Virus record (IMG/VR): IMGVR_UViG_3300032213_001453
Length of the DNA: 64,000 nucleotides
Source of the DNA: an uncultured virus (IMG/VR IMGVR_UViG_3300032213_001453)
Lineage: Duplodnaviria > Heunggongvirae > Uroviricota > Caudoviricetes
Reading direction: 5' to 3' (one strand)
Numbering within the stretch: position 1 is the first letter of the stretch; each line of letters opens with the position of its first letter. Below are positions 26,201 through 36,911 of the stretch, in pieces. The notes below the pieces were generated by a model, which was given only the letters and a program-made list of their open reading frames with translations, made no database searches and had not been told where the DNA came from. A program made the translations under genes and the position numbers.

Positions 26201-27373
26201 ATGACTGATAAAATTAAAGTTGTTATTTTTAATTCAGATGAAATTAAAGATCCAGAGTTTGATAGATTTGATATTACATATGAAAAAAATGGACTATTTG
26301 CTAATAAAGTAATTTCTGAGATAGATCCTCATGTTATTATCTCATTCGGAAGCTTAAATTCTTACAAATTACTCCTCAGTCAGCCATTGTATATTAGACA
26401 GAGATGGCTTCATATCGAAGAGCCTATTAGTAACGATAATTTATTCAACGCTATTATTGGTTGCTATTCAGGTTTGATCAAAAATAATGCAAATATAAAT
26501 GAGCCAGTTATATCTGTAATAACTGCAACATATAATACCGAAGATATTTGGTGGCCGTATAGATCTCTAGTGGGTCAGGAATATAAAAACTGGGAATGGA
26601 TTGTATATGATGATGGCTCTTCCGATGAAAATACGCTTCACTCTATTAGTCAACTATCTTCAATAGATCCTAGAGTCAAAGTATTCTTTGCTAGCCACTC
26701 AGGCTCTATCGGAGAGGTAAAGAAGAATGCCTTTAGTCTTGCTAGCGGAGAGTATTTAGTTGAACTTGATCATGATGATGAACTTACTCCGTGGGCGCTT
26801 GGTGATGTCTATAGGGCATTTCAAACTTATCCAGATTCAGGATTTTGTTACTCAGACTGTGCTGAAGTAGTTGGGGATCAGCACGATAGCGCCTCTTATC
26901 CTGATGGATGGGGGTTTGGATATGGAAGCTATAGGACAGAAGTTTGGCGTGGACGTGACTATCTAGTTACGAACTATCCAGATATTAATTCCAAAACTAT
27001 ACGTCATATTGTTGGAGTTCCAAATCACTTTAGGGCTTGGAGACGTGACTTTTATCATAGTATTGGTGGACATAATAAGAATTTGTTTGTAGCTGATGAT
27101 TATGAGCTTCTTGTAAGAACTTTTCTTCACACAAAGATAGTTCATATCCAGAAGTTTGGATATATTCAGTATCATCATAAAAATAATACTCAGAAGAAGC
27201 GGAACGCTGAAATTCAGAATCTTGTTGCCCTGATTCATCAGGTGTACGAAGGTGACATTCATCAAAGATTCTTGGATCTTGAAGTCGATGACTTCATGTG
27301 GAGAGATGGTATGCTTGATTGGAATATTGAAAACCCGGAGGAAACTCCGATTGCAAACTATTTGATGAGATAA
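26201..27373 (+). CDS. glycosyltransferase family 2 with N-terminal extension
   Basis: ISVITATYN, WEWIVYDDGS, ELDHDD, ADDYEL. Confidence 0.9.
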   Translation: MTDKIKVVIFNSDEIKDPEFDRFDITYEKNGLFANKVISEIDPHVIISFGSLNSYKLLLSQPLYIRQRWLHIEEPISNDNLFNAIIGCYSGLIKNNANINEPVISVITATYNTEDIWWPYRSLVGQEYKNWEWIVYDDGSSDENTLHSISQLSSIDPRVKVFFASHSGSIGEVKKNAFSLASGEYLVELDHDDELTPWALGDVYRAFQTYPDSGFCYSDCAEVVGDQHDSASYPDGWGFGYGSYRTEVWRGRDYLVTNYPDINSKTIRHIVGVPNHFRAWRRDFYHSIGGHNKNLFVADDYELLVRTFLHTKIVHIQKFGYIQYHHKNNTQKKRNAEIQNLVALIHQVYEGDIHQRFLDLEVDDFMWRDGMLDWNIENPEETPIANYLMR

Positions 27374-27549
27374 TATTGTGAGACATATCAAAGGTAGTAC
27401 AGGCAAAAAGACATATTGGACTAGTGGAGGTAAGGTTATTCACAAACCTCGTCTTCGGGTTGCTCCATCTAAAGCCACTACTAGACAGATGACTGAAGAA
27501 GACTGGATTCGTTTTTACGAGAATAAACGTAAAAAAAGAAAGTAATCTT

Positions 27550-27636
27550 GCGGGTATGGCGGAATAGGCATACGCAGGAGACTTAAAATCTTCCGAGGGA
27601 AACCTCTTGTGGGTTCAAGTCCCACTACCCGCACCA
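27550..27636 (+). tRNA. tRNA-Leu(UAA)
   Basis: Long variable arm; loop CT-TAA-AA; encoded CCA. Confidence 0.9.
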
Positions 27637-27637
27637 A

Positions 27638-27707
27638 GCCCAATGTGCCGGATGCACAGACTAGGTTTCTACCCTTATCGTGCTAGGTTCGACTCCTAGA
27701 TTGGGCG
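27638..27707 (+). tRNA. atypical tRNA, probably Arg(UCU)
   Basis: GCCCAAT/ATTGGGC acceptor and CTAGG-TTCGACT-CCTAG T-arm are good; D-arm and anticodon stem irregular; loop TT-TCT-AC. Confidence 0.55.
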
Positions 27708-27710
27708 CTT

Positions 27711-28256
27711 ATGATAGACATAAAAATAACAAGTGATCACATCGATCAGTCAATATCAAGACTAAAGCATATGCCTGTTTATAATAATAGTCATAGAAAA
27801 GAGATGGCAAATGAAGTTGGAGTTGTAGGAGAAATAGTTGTAGAAAATTATCTTAAATCAAATAATATCTATTTAATCCACGATGATTTGACTACTCATG
27901 ATTATAGATTAAAAAATAATAAAACAATAGATATAAAGACAAAAGATAGAACAGTAGTACCGAAAGATTATTACGAATGTTCAGTCCCACTCTACAATCA
28001 CAGTCATCAGCGTCCAAATTTTTATATATTTGTGTCTTTACTTCGTGATAAAAATAAAAGAGGGCTTGAGAGATTTACAAATGCCTTTATAGTCGGAGCA
28101 GCTCGATTTATCGATATAGAGAAGAAGTCTGTAAAGTGGGAAGCCGGTCAAACAGACCCATCCAACGGCACAACATTTTGGACTGATTGCTTAAATATTA
28201 GAGTAGATCAATGTACTGACTTAGATGAAGTTATTGAAATTTGGAAGACTATCTAA
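27711..28256 (+). CDS. PD-(D/E)XK-like nuclease-fold protein (putative)
   Basis: G..GE...D......IDIKT pattern. Confidence 0.5.
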   Translation: MIDIKITSDHIDQSISRLKHMPVYNNSHRKEMANEVGVVGEIVVENYLKSNNIYLIHDDLTTHDYRLKNNKTIDIKTKDRTVVPKDYYECSVPLYNHSHQRPNFYIFVSLLRDKNKRGLERFTNAFIVGAARFIDIEKKSVKWEAGQTDPSNGTTFWTDCLNIRVDQCTDLDEVIEIWKTI

Positions 28257-28337
28257 TATAGTGTTGAATGTCTAGGAGTATTTAAAAAATTCCAAGTTTT
28301 TGACAAGGTATTTTTTAATCTTTGATATAATTTAATA

Positions 28338-28589
28338 ATGGAAAAACCAATTTGTACTATGATCTGCGAAGATTGTGGCAAGTTCTCGGTTATGCATGAA
28401 AATGCTATCACTATTTTTTTGATAAATAAAGAGTTCTTTGCGATGGCAAATTGTCTTTTTTGTGATAGACTCGCCAAAGACTCTTTGACAAAAAAAGTTA
28501 CTATATCTTTATTTTGGGAAAATGTGAAGATATTTAACTTCAATAATGGAGAGCAAATTATTGATCAAAAAATATTGGACAAAATATGA
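28338..28589 (+). CDS. Zn-ribbon protein
   Basis: Two CxxC; TTGATATAAT promoter immediately upstream. Confidence 0.55.
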   Translation: MEKPICTMICEDCGKFSVMHENAITIFLINKEFFAMANCLFCDRLAKDSLTKKVTISLFWENVKIFNFNNGEQIIDQKILDKI

Positions 28590-29572
28590 GAGAGATATCT
28601 TGGTTTAGCCCTCCCGGTCTTGGTGACAAAATGGGATACGGTTACGCAGCTATTGAAACAATCAAAGGTCTGCAGGAAAATGACATGAGGGTATCTTACG
28701 ATACAAAAGATCCTTTATGCCACATATCCTTTATTCAGCCTGAATATTATTCAGGTAATAGTGATCAATATAGAGTTGGATATACTCCTTGGGAATCTTC
28801 AATTGTACCTGATGGCTGGAAAGATATCATGCCAAAGATGCAGGAGATATGGACTCCATCTCAATATTGTGTAGATATTTTTGAAGAGAATAAATTAAAT
28901 TCTATTATTAGAAAAGTTCCTCATGGAATAGATCCTGAAATCTGGAAAATTGAAAATAGATATTTGACTGACAAGTTTATTTTTTTGCACGTTGGGGGTC
29001 CTATAGAAAGAAAAGGCGGACAGAGAGTTGTCAGTGCTTTCTTAGATCTTTTTGATGGACAAGATGATGTCAGGCTAGTTCTTAAGTCGAATGAAGTTAC
29101 CGAGTGTAGATATTATGATAAGCATGGTAACTTTAAGAGCGCTTCTGAGCATCCACAGATAGATGTTATCGATTATCAAGTGAGCGTTGAGGACTTAGTG
29201 AAAGTTTACAATTACGCTAATTGTTTAGTTTATCCGACAAATGGCGAAGGCTTTGGCTTGATTCCTTTTCAGGGAATTGCGACGGGTCTTCCTACAATTG
29301 TTACGAACGCAACCGCCTGTGCCGACTTTGCTGAGATGTCAGTTCCCCTAGACTCTAAGCCCGCTGCCGGAGTGGGAGTTCATCTTGGAAACTGGGTTGA
29401 ACCTGATGAAGATGATCTGCGGGATAAGATGAAGTTTGTTTATGAGAACTACAATTCCGTAAAAGAGAAGACTCTTCAGTCCGCAAGGATGATCCACTCA
29501 ACGCAGACATGGTTCCACGTTGGACAGCAGATAATAGAGATTTTTGGCGAGAAAATCACACAAAGAGCGTGA
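28586..29572 (+). CDS. glycosyltransferase family 4 (GT-B)
   Basis: TPS, PHGID, RKG and EGFGL motifs. Confidence 0.9.
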   Translation: MREISWFSPPGLGDKMGYGYAAIETIKGLQENDMRVSYDTKDPLCHISFIQPEYYSGNSDQYRVGYTPWESSIVPDGWKDIMPKMQEIWTPSQYCVDIFEENKLNSIIRKVPHGIDPEIWKIENRYLTDKFIFLHVGGPIERKGGQRVVSAFLDLFDGQDDVRLVLKSNEVTECRYYDKHGNFKSASEHPQIDVIDYQVSVEDLVKVYNYANCLVYPTNGEGFGLIPFQGIATGLPTIVTNATACADFAEMSVPLDSKPAAGVGVHLGNWVEPDEDDLRDKMKFVYENYNSVKEKTLQSARMIHSTQTWFHVGQQIIEIFGEKITQRA

Positions 29573-29701
29573 TAATTCGACTAGGCGCACTAGCTTAGTG
29601 GTATGCTCTATATAGCGTTCGACGCACAGGGCTTCGAATAAAAAGGTTAAATACAGAGTCTGGTCTTTAACACAGATCAGGCTCTTTTTCTAGGAGGAAA
29701 A

Positions 29702-31723
29702 GTGGGTAGTGTGCAGTTTCTTAGTTTCAGTTTGTCAGATGATTTTATTGATGGGTATGTTGATAGAGAAGTTCCTTGGGGATTTCCAATTGGCGGAGGT
29801 AACTCCCTCGGAGAATTGACATATCTTACAAAGTATTCTCGCAGGAAAGATGACGGCTCAAAAGAGAGATGGTTCGAAACTTGTCGTAGAGTTATTGAGG
29901 GAACCTTCTCTATTCAAAAGGACTGGTGTAAAGAGAGCAGACTTCCTTGGAATGAAAGGAAGGCTCAGGCTACTGCTCAGGATGCTTACGAGCGACTCTT
30001 TGTTGGCAAGTGGACCCCTCCGGGTCGTGGTCTTTGGATGATGGGCACTAAATTTGTCCACGAACAGAAAAACTCTGCAGCACTTCAGAACTGTTCTTTC
30101 CTTTCGACTGAGAGTATTTCTCCTCGGAGTGTTCACGATGCTGTTTGGCCTTTTGTTCGGCTTATGGAAATGTCTATGCTTGGCGTAGGTGTTGGCTTTG
30201 ATACAAAGGGCGCTGGTAAGCTTGAAATTCATCAGCCTACCGATGACGCTAAGACGTTTGTTGTTCCTGACTCTCGCGAGGGTTGGTTTGAATCTGTATC
30301 TACTCTTCTTGAATCTTATTTCTTTGCAAATAGAAATACAGTTGATTTTGACTACAGCCAGATTCGTCCTTCGGGAGAACCTATCAAGGGCTTCGGCGGG
30401 GTGGCTGCAGGTCCGGGTCCTTTGATTGATCTTCATGTTTCTCTGAAGAAGCAGTTCGATAATCGTGCTGGAGAGAAAATTACGGCTACTGATATTGTTG
30501 ATATCCAGAATAAAATTGGTAAGTGCGTAGTTTCCGGCAATGTTCGAAGGTCTGCAGAGATTGCCCTTGGCAGCGCCGACGACGCAGAGTTCCTTGACCT
30601 CAAGAACTGGGAAGTTAATCCAGAGCGCATGGGCGCTAATGGCTGGGGGCATACATCCAACAATTCTATTGTCGCAAATGTTGGAGATAATTTTGATCAC
30701 ATTGCAGATAGGATTGCAGACAATGGTGAGCCGGGAATTGTTTGGCTTGATCTTTGCCGTGAGTATGGCCGTCTTGTAGATCGAAAGAACGATAAGGACT
30801 GGAGAGCAGCAGGAACTAATCCTTGTTCGGAGCAGACACTTGAATCAGGTGAGTGCTGTACTCTTGTTGAGAACTTTATTTCTCGTCATGACTCTCTTGA
30901 GGACTTCGGTAAGACTCTGAAGGTTTCATATCTTTATGCAAAGTCTGTAACCTTACTTCCTACTCATTGGCCTGAGACTAACGCAATCATGCAGCGCAAT
31001 CGTCGTATTGGATGCTCTGTTTCTGGGCTGGCTCACTTTGCTGAGACAAAGGGCTGGACTGAACTTCGTGAGTGGCTTAACTCTGGATATGAGTATATCC
31101 AGCATCTTGATAACAGTTATTCAGAATGGCTGGGATGTCGCCCTTCTATTAAAACAACGTCTGTGAAGCCATCTGGGACTGTCTCACTGCTCTTTGGAGT
31201 CACTCCCGGTGTTCATTGGCCTACTGCCGATGTATACATTCGAAGGATGAGATTCTCTACAAATGATCCTCTTGTAAAGGCTTTGAAGAAGGCAGGATAC
31301 AAGACTGAACCTGATGTCATGGACCCTGCACATAGCATTGTTGCTGAACTTCCAACCGTTGGTCCTGATGTCAGAACTGAGCGGGAAGTTTCTATGTGGG
31401 AAAAGGCTTCACTCGCAATTCTCGCTCAGAGATACTGGGCTGATAATCAGGTATCTGTAACCGTAACATTTAAAGAATCAGAGAAAGATCAGATCGGGCC
31501 ATTGCTTAGATCTATTGATGGTCAGTTGAAATCTGTATCCATGTTGCCTATTCTTGAATCTGGTGGAGCTTACGCTCAAATGCCTTATGAGAGAATTGAT
31601 CTTGATACTTGGAGTAATTCTGTAAAGAAGATGAAGAGTATTGACTGGTCTGAGCTTTATGGTGGCAATTCACTTGACGCTGAAGGTGAAAAGTATTGCA
31701 GTAATGACACCTGTGAGATCTAA
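29702..31723 (+). CDS. nrdJ: class II (B12-dependent, monomeric-type) ribonucleotide reductase
   Basis: PPGRGLW, TNPCSEQ, NRRIG, VKPSGT motifs; C-terminal C...C; no beta subunit nearby. Confidence 0.9.
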   Translation: MGSVQFLSFSLSDDFIDGYVDREVPWGFPIGGGNSLGELTYLTKYSRRKDDGSKERWFETCRRVIEGTFSIQKDWCKESRLPWNERKAQATAQDAYERLFVGKWTPPGRGLWMMGTKFVHEQKNSAALQNCSFLSTESISPRSVHDAVWPFVRLMEMSMLGVGVGFDTKGAGKLEIHQPTDDAKTFVVPDSREGWFESVSTLLESYFFANRNTVDFDYSQIRPSGEPIKGFGGVAAGPGPLIDLHVSLKKQFDNRAGEKITATDIVDIQNKIGKCVVSGNVRRSAEIALGSADDAEFLDLKNWEVNPERMGANGWGHTSNNSIVANVGDNFDHIADRIADNGEPGIVWLDLCREYGRLVDRKNDKDWRAAGTNPCSEQTLESGECCTLVENFISRHDSLEDFGKTLKVSYLYAKSVTLLPTHWPETNAIMQRNRRIGCSVSGLAHFAETKGWTELREWLNSGYEYIQHLDNSYSEWLGCRPSIKTTSVKPSGTVSLLFGVTPGVHWPTADVYIRRMRFSTNDPLVKALKKAGYKTEPDVMDPAHSIVAELPTVGPDVRTEREVSMWEKASLAILAQRYWADNQVSVTVTFKESEKDQIGPLLRSIDGQLKSVSMLPILESGGAYAQMPYERIDLDTWSNSVKKMKSIDWSELYGGNSLDAEGEKYCSNDTCEI

Positions 31724-31739
31724 AGAAATACAAAACTAG

Positions 31740-31776
31740 CAAAAGCGCACCAATTCGGTGCGCTTTTGTTATTTTT
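31740..31776 (+). terminator. intrinsic terminator
   Basis: CAAAAGCGCACC-AATTC-GGTGCGCTTTTG followed by T-rich sequence. Confidence 0.8.
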
Positions 31777-31836
31777 ACATCTATTTTGGCAACAAATGTT
31801 GCTTGTTAACCACATATCTGTGATAATATTACTGTC

Positions 31837-32172
31837 ATGGCTAAGAATTTAAAGAATGTTGAAGTTGTAATAGAAGATTACAGAGGTGTTTGCCTGTGGT
31901 TAATGCCCGATGGTGCTTGTATTGGTGATGACGAAGGAAGATTTCTCTCTATGGAGGGATCTTTGAATGATTTTATCATTGAAGAAAAAATGAAGCAGGC
32001 TGCAATTCACTATATTGGAGCCGAAGCGCTTGAAGGAAAGGCGTTCTGGATGTCAGGTAGTAGAAAAATCACTGATAGCGAGGCAGACGATCATATGGAG
32101 AGAATGTTGGATGGACACATTCCAGATCCAGTAGACGTAGCTAAGCAGCTTCAAAGAGGGGGAGTACTTTGA
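31837..32172 (+). CDS. conserved phage protein upstream of portal
   Basis: 111-aa ORF with its own extended -10 promoter; coupled to portal. Confidence 0.7.
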   Translation: MAKNLKNVEVVIEDYRGVCLWLMPDGACIGDDEGRFLSMEGSLNDFIIEEKMKQAAIHYIGAEALEGKAFWMSGSRKITDSEADDHMERMLDGHIPDPVDVAKQLQRGGVL

Positions 32173-33827
32173 GACGTATATCTGCAGCAATGGCTGATGA
32201 GAAAACTACAACTATAGAGATAGATGATGTAACTAGCTCTTATACCGGAGATTTCTCTAAGACAATCGCTGAAGAGAAAGATGTTTTTAATCAGAAGATT
32301 GATGTCTCAAAGCAGACTAAGAGGGTCAAGAATAAATATTATAAACTTTCTAAGCGGTATCAAACTAGTGAAGACGGCACTGAATCTAAGTTCGTTGATC
32401 CTGAGCTTGTCAATGGCTACGGAATGTTTGATCTGGTACAGCCTCCTTATAATCTTGAAATTTTAGCCTCATTGTTCGAAGAGAACTCTGTTCATAACGC
32501 AAGTGTATTGGCCAGAACTATGAACACTGTTGCACTCGGTTATAAGTGGGAAGATACTTCTAAAACTAGAAAAAGGATTGAAAGAGCTACCACCAAAGAG
32601 GGAGAATCTCTTTCTAGACTGCGTGAAGAGTTACAAAGAGAAGAAGATCGCTTGGAAGATCTTTTTGATTCTTTCAATGTTGATGAAGATTTTCTTGAAA
32701 GTTTAGTTAAAGTTTGGATTGATTATCTAACAATAGGTAATGGGTTCTTGGAAATTGGTAGAAATAGAAATGGAACGATTGGCTATGTTGGGCATATTCC
32801 AGCGACGTTTGTTCGTGTAAGAAGAGCTAGAGATGGTTTTGTGCAAAGAGCGGGAGCGAAGTTTATTTTCTTCAGAAACTTTCAAGACTTAGAGACTGAA
32901 GACCCAATTGGCTCTGATTCAAATCCCAACGAACTAATTCACTTCAGGCAGTACAGTCCAACGAATACTTATTATGGAATTCCTTCTGCTGTATCTGCTT
33001 TAAGTGCAATTATTGGCGATAAATTTGCTAAAGAATATAATATTGATTATTTTGAAAATAAGAGTATTCCTCGTTATGCAATTATTCTAAAAGGCGCAAA
33101 TCTTTCTCAGAAGTCAAAGCAGGAAGTTGTAAACTATTTCAAGAATGAAATTAAGGGAAATAATCACGGAACTCTTTTCGTTCCACTTCCAGCAACTCTT
33201 GGCCGAGATGTTGACATAAAATTTGAGAAGCTTGAGAATACAACTCAGGAAGCTTCATTCGATAAATACCGTAAGTCAAATAGAGATGAAATTACTGTAG
33301 CAAATAGGGTCCCTGCTCCGAAGATTGGCATTTATGATAATGCCAACTTAGCAGTATCAAGGGATGCGGATAAAACATTCAAGAATCAAGTTGTTGGCCC
33401 AGATCAGAAGATCATTGAAAAAAAGCTCAATAGAATTGTTAAAGAATTTTCTGATAAAAAATCTTTCAAGTTTGCCGAGATTGATGTTATTGATGAAGAT
33501 CTTCGTTCAAGAATTTGGGATCGTTATCTTCGTACTGAAGTTATGACTCCGAATGAGGTAAGGACTAATATTGGCCTCACAGCACTTGAAAATGGGGATA
33601 TTGTTCTTCCATATCCAACAAGACTTACTCAAGAAAAACAAGATTTCGAAATGATGACTGGTCAGACTTCTAGCAGCGGAGGAGCGCCTCAGGGCAACTC
33701 TAACGCACAGGCTGGCAGTCCTCCGAAGTCAATTCAGGATAGTGCTGCCGGAGAGACTTCTTCTGCAGATGCAACAACAGGAAGAGCGGAAAGAGGATCT
33801 AAGCAAGATTCTAATCCGCCAGTTTAA
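32169..33827 (+). CDS. portal protein
   Basis: PPY.L..L, GNGFLEI.R, YYGIP, YF.N..IP and TPNEVR portal motifs. Confidence 0.9.
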   Translation: MRRISAAMADEKTTTIEIDDVTSSYTGDFSKTIAEEKDVFNQKIDVSKQTKRVKNKYYKLSKRYQTSEDGTESKFVDPELVNGYGMFDLVQPPYNLEILASLFEENSVHNASVLARTMNTVALGYKWEDTSKTRKRIERATTKEGESLSRLREELQREEDRLEDLFDSFNVDEDFLESLVKVWIDYLTIGNGFLEIGRNRNGTIGYVGHIPATFVRVRRARDGFVQRAGAKFIFFRNFQDLETEDPIGSDSNPNELIHFRQYSPTNTYYGIPSAVSALSAIIGDKFAKEYNIDYFENKSIPRYAIILKGANLSQKSKQEVVNYFKNEIKGNNHGTLFVPLPATLGRDVDIKFEKLENTTQEASFDKYRKSNRDEITVANRVPAPKIGIYDNANLAVSRDADKTFKNQVVGPDQKIIEKKLNRIVKEFSDKKSFKFAEIDVIDEDLRSRIWDRYLRTEVMTPNEVRTNIGLTALENGDIVLPYPTRLTQEKQDFEMMTGQTSSSGGAPQGNSNAQAGSPPKSIQDSAAGETSSADATTGRAERGSKQDSNPPV

Positions 33828-33839
33828 GGAGAATTGAAA

Positions 33840-34103
33840 ATGCAATATACAACATTTACTAGTGGTAGTACTGTCATTAGTTCCCAGCGTGCAGTTATTC
33901 ATGGTTTTGCGATTAGGGCTACAGCAACTGCTGTAGTTCATATTCATGACAATGCAACTGGTGCCGGAACTCCTGTATTGAGGATTGCAGCGCCAACTAC
34001 TGATACTGTCCTTTATGACTCATGTAAAGGTATTCCATTTAATAATGGAATTTATGTGGAAATTGTTTCGGGTACTGCTACTGGCAGTATTTTTTGGGAG
34101 TAG
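33840..34103 (+). CDS. small virion-associated protein
   Basis: Paralogous to 34107..34619 (IPFN.G.YV...SG...GSIF.E). Confidence 0.6.
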   Translation: MQYTTFTSGSTVISSQRAVIHGFAIRATATAVVHIHDNATGAGTPVLRIAAPTTDTVLYDSCKGIPFNNGIYVEIVSGTATGSIFWE

Positions 34104-34106
34104 AAT

Positions 34107-34619
34107 ATGCAATATAAAACTTTTGTAAATGATGGGTTGATTGTTAGTGGTAGAGTAGTCATGAATGGTTATCATGTTGCTGGCGCACTTGATAACACAG
34201 TCATGAATATAATTGATGGCATTTCGCCTTATGGTGCATCTGTTGGGACCTGCACTATAAGTAATGCAACGCCCGGTGTAGTTACGGCTAATGGCCACGG
34301 TTTTTCCGAAGGTGATACCGTTATTTTTAGCTCTACTGGATCACTTCCTGCGGGTCTTTCAGTCAATACTACTTATTATGTTAAGTACGTAGATGTAAAT
34401 ACTTTCCAGCTTGCGTTCAGCAAAGGCGGAGCTTCGATAAATACCACTAGCGCTGGATCTGGAGTTCATACAGTTTACAGAGGACCGATTGTAGTATTCC
34501 ACATTCATCTTGGTCCTACGGAAAATCAGTCAATTCCTTGGGGCATGATTCCCTTTAATACTGGTGTTTATGTTGACGTTTCTTCTGGCGCTGTTAGTGG
34601 AAGTATCTTCTTTGAGTAA
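34107..34619 (+). CDS. virion-associated protein with inserted beta module
   Basis: Paralogue of the previous gene plus an insert shared with 54743..59869. Confidence 0.6.
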   Translation: MQYKTFVNDGLIVSGRVVMNGYHVAGALDNTVMNIIDGISPYGASVGTCTISNATPGVVTANGHGFSEGDTVIFSSTGSLPAGLSVNTTYYVKYVDVNTFQLAFSKGGASINTTSAGSGVHTVYRGPIVVFHIHLGPTENQSIPWGMIPFNTGVYVDVSSGAVSGSIFFE

Positions 34620-34628
34620 AGGATTGAG

Positions 34629-34967
34629 ATGAGTAAGCCTGCAAATTATCCATTAAATGTAAGAATCGGAGATACCGAGACTGTCACTGTTACTATGCAG
34701 GATAATGATGGTAATCCTATTAATATTACTGGCAGAACTTATTCTGCTCAAATTAGAGATAAGGCAAGTTCTTCTACTGCCTTAGCTACTTTTTCGTGTA
34801 GCATAGTAAATGCTGCACAAGGCATATTTGCCTGCACGTTATCTGCTACTTCTAGCGGAAGTCTCACTCCCGCAAATGCAGTTTGGGATTTACAAGAAAC
34901 TAATGGAGTTGTTGTAACAACTTTGTTGGCGGGTGAAGCTGTAATAGATAGGGATGTTACTAGGTGA
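34629..34967 (+). CDS. fibre-attachment/adaptor-like virion protein
   Basis: P.NITG...AQIR...WDLQ...LL.G pattern; similar to 36483..36911. Confidence 0.55.
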   Translation: MSKPANYPLNVRIGDTETVTVTMQDNDGNPINITGRTYSAQIRDKASSSTALATFSCSIVNAAQGIFACTLSATSSGSLTPANAVWDLQETNGVVVTTLLAGEAVIDRDVTR

Positions 34968-36427
34968 ATCAATCTATTGTTTTAAAACGAACTGATGATA
35001 TTGTTTTAAAGCAAAGTGATGTTATCACTCTGGTTCAAGGCAGTAATACTATTATTGCTGTTGGTTCTAGCGTTTCCGGGCCAGTAGGCCCTCAGGGTGT
35101 TCAAGGCCCGCAAGGCCCGCAAGGCCCGCAAGGCGCTCAATCTACTGTTCAAGGCCCACAAGGTTCTCAAGGTCCACAAGGTGTTGTTGGCGCACAGGGT
35201 TCCCAAGGCCCACAGGGCGCTGTCGGTTCTCAAGGTTCTCAAGGCCCTCAAGGCGCTGTTGGTCCTCAAGGCTCCCAAGGCCCGCAAGGTCCGCAAGGTG
35301 CTCAATCTTCTATTCAAGGTCCTCAAGGAACTCAAGGTCCTCAAGGCCCACAAGGTTCTGTTGGTTCTCAAGGCGCTGTTGGCGCACAGGGTTCTCAAGG
35401 CCCACAAGGCGTTCAAGGTCCTCAGGGTAGCCAAGGCCCTCAAGGACCTCAGGGTGCTCAGTCTACTGTTCAAGGACCTCAGGGTGTTCAAGGCCCGCAA
35501 GGCCCGCAAGGTCCTCAAGGTCCTCAGGGCGCTCAATCTTCTGTTCAAGGCCCTCAGGGCGTTCAAGGCCCGCAAGGCCCGCAAGGTCCTCAAGGTGCTC
35601 AAGGCCCGCAGGGCGTTGCTGGAATATCTACTGGTTTGCGATATGTATTTAGCACAACCACAACAGATGCAAATCCGGGGCTTGGCATCTATAGATATAA
35701 CAGTGCAACCATTGCGTCAGTTACCTTTATCTACATCAGCACCACTGATGCCGATGGCGGTGGCCGTAGTGGCTGGTTGGATACTTTCGATGATTCCACT
35801 TCACCCAATGAGGGCTATCTACTCCTCACCAGTGCAGCGAATAATCAAAACATTTTTGCAGTTACAGGTGCCGTAACTGTTGCTGCGGGCTATTATAAGA
35901 TCCCCGTAAGTTTCGTTGCTGGCGCTATCCAAGTAAATGGATTGAATTGGTATCTCACATTTTCTCGTACTGGAGATCTTGGCTCTCAAGGTCCTCAAGG
36001 CCCACAAGGCTTTCAAGGCCCGCAAGGTCCTCAAGGCCCGCAAGGCTTTCAAGGCCCGCAAGGTCCTCAAGGCCCACAGGGCTTTCAAGGCCCGCAAGGT
36101 GCTGCTGGAGATTGGACGACGGCTCAAACAGTCTCTACTCCTACAATCACAACTAACGCTTATGCTGTCGTTTCGGGGGATAATGGTAAATTGCTTCTCC
36201 TCAACAACAGCGCCACAGCAATGACTTTAAATGTTAATACTGGCATTGGACTTACAGCAGGTCAGAGAATTGATTTAATTCAAACTGGATCAGGACAGGT
36301 CACAGTAGCTGGATCTGCCACCGTTAATTCTTCATCGGGCAAAAAGTTTAGAGCACAATATTCTGGTGCCACTTTAATTTGCACAGCCTCAAATACTTAT
36401 ATATTAGTTGGTGATCTGACTACATAA
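34964..36427 (+). CDS. collagen-like fibre protein
   Basis: Long G-X-Q triplet tracts; C-terminal ...RAQYS.ATL...W/Y.L.GDL domain. Confidence 0.9.
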   Translation: MNQSIVLKRTDDIVLKQSDVITLVQGSNTIIAVGSSVSGPVGPQGVQGPQGPQGPQGAQSTVQGPQGSQGPQGVVGAQGSQGPQGAVGSQGSQGPQGAVGPQGSQGPQGPQGAQSSIQGPQGTQGPQGPQGSVGSQGAVGAQGSQGPQGVQGPQGSQGPQGPQGAQSTVQGPQGVQGPQGPQGPQGPQGAQSSVQGPQGVQGPQGPQGPQGAQGPQGVAGISTGLRYVFSTTTTDANPGLGIYRYNSATIASVTFIYISTTDADGGGRSGWLDTFDDSTSPNEGYLLLTSAANNQNIFAVTGAVTVAAGYYKIPVSFVAGAIQVNGLNWYLTFSRTGDLGSQGPQGPQGFQGPQGPQGPQGFQGPQGPQGPQGFQGPQGAAGDWTTAQTVSTPTITTNAYAVVSGDNGKLLLLNNSATAMTLNVNTGIGLTAGQRIDLIQTGSGQVTVAGSATVNSSSGKKFRAQYSGATLICTASNTYILVGDLTT

Positions 36428-36482
36428 GCCTATCGCTATTAATTTGATTCTATGATAAAATATACGTGTACTTGGAGGAAAA

Positions 36483-36911
36483 ATGCCTACTGTAACAACA
36501 GATGATTATGATGTAAGCCAATATAATTTTGTTATTCATCAAGGAACTACATTTAAAAGATCTATTATCTTCAAGGATTCTACTGGAACTGTTATTACCT
36601 TGGGCACAGGGGCCTCTGCTGCTATGAAAGTTCGGAAGTCCTATCCCGCTACCCAGCGCGCTGCTGCCTATAGAGATTCTCCTGTTTTGAGCTTAACTAG
36701 CTCTGGAGGAAGTCCGGCCTTAAGTTTAATTCCTGCCTCTGGGCAGGTTACTATCAATGTTCCTGCGGCAACTATGGCTGGCGTTACTGCTGGTATATAC
36801 GATTATGATTTAGAAGTAACTCTTGGGACTAGTTCTAGTGGCGGGGATTCTGGGGATGTCATAAAGCTTCTTAGTGGACTTTTTGAGATCAAGCAGGAGA
36901 TGACTTACTGA
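36483..36911 (+). CDS. fibre-attachment/adaptor-like virion protein
   Basis: QG.TF...YDYDLEV...LL.G. Confidence 0.55.
   Translation: MPTVTTDDYDVSQYNFVIHQGTTFKRSIIFKDSTGTVITLGTGASAAMKVRKSYPATQRAAAYRDSPVLSLTSSGGSPALSLIPASGQVTINVPAATMAGVTAGIYDYDLEVTLGTSSSGGDSGDVIKLLSGLFEIKQEMTY

Noticed and set aside
27660..27680. Amber suppressor (CUA) reading of the atypical tRNA
   Set aside because: That register puts a pyrimidine at position 37 and breaks the stem; TAG is used as a normal stop in this genome.
29858..30700. 280-aa antisense ORF in nrdJ, and similar antisense ORFs in structural genes
   Set aside because: Fully overlap well-supported genes and have no motifs.
29702..31723. Intron or intein in ribonucleotide reductase
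   Set aside because: ORF is continuous, of normal length, with no splicing motifs seen.
35006..36224. Alternate-frame and antisense ORFs over the collagen gene
   Set aside because: Shadows of the 9-bp GPQ periodicity.
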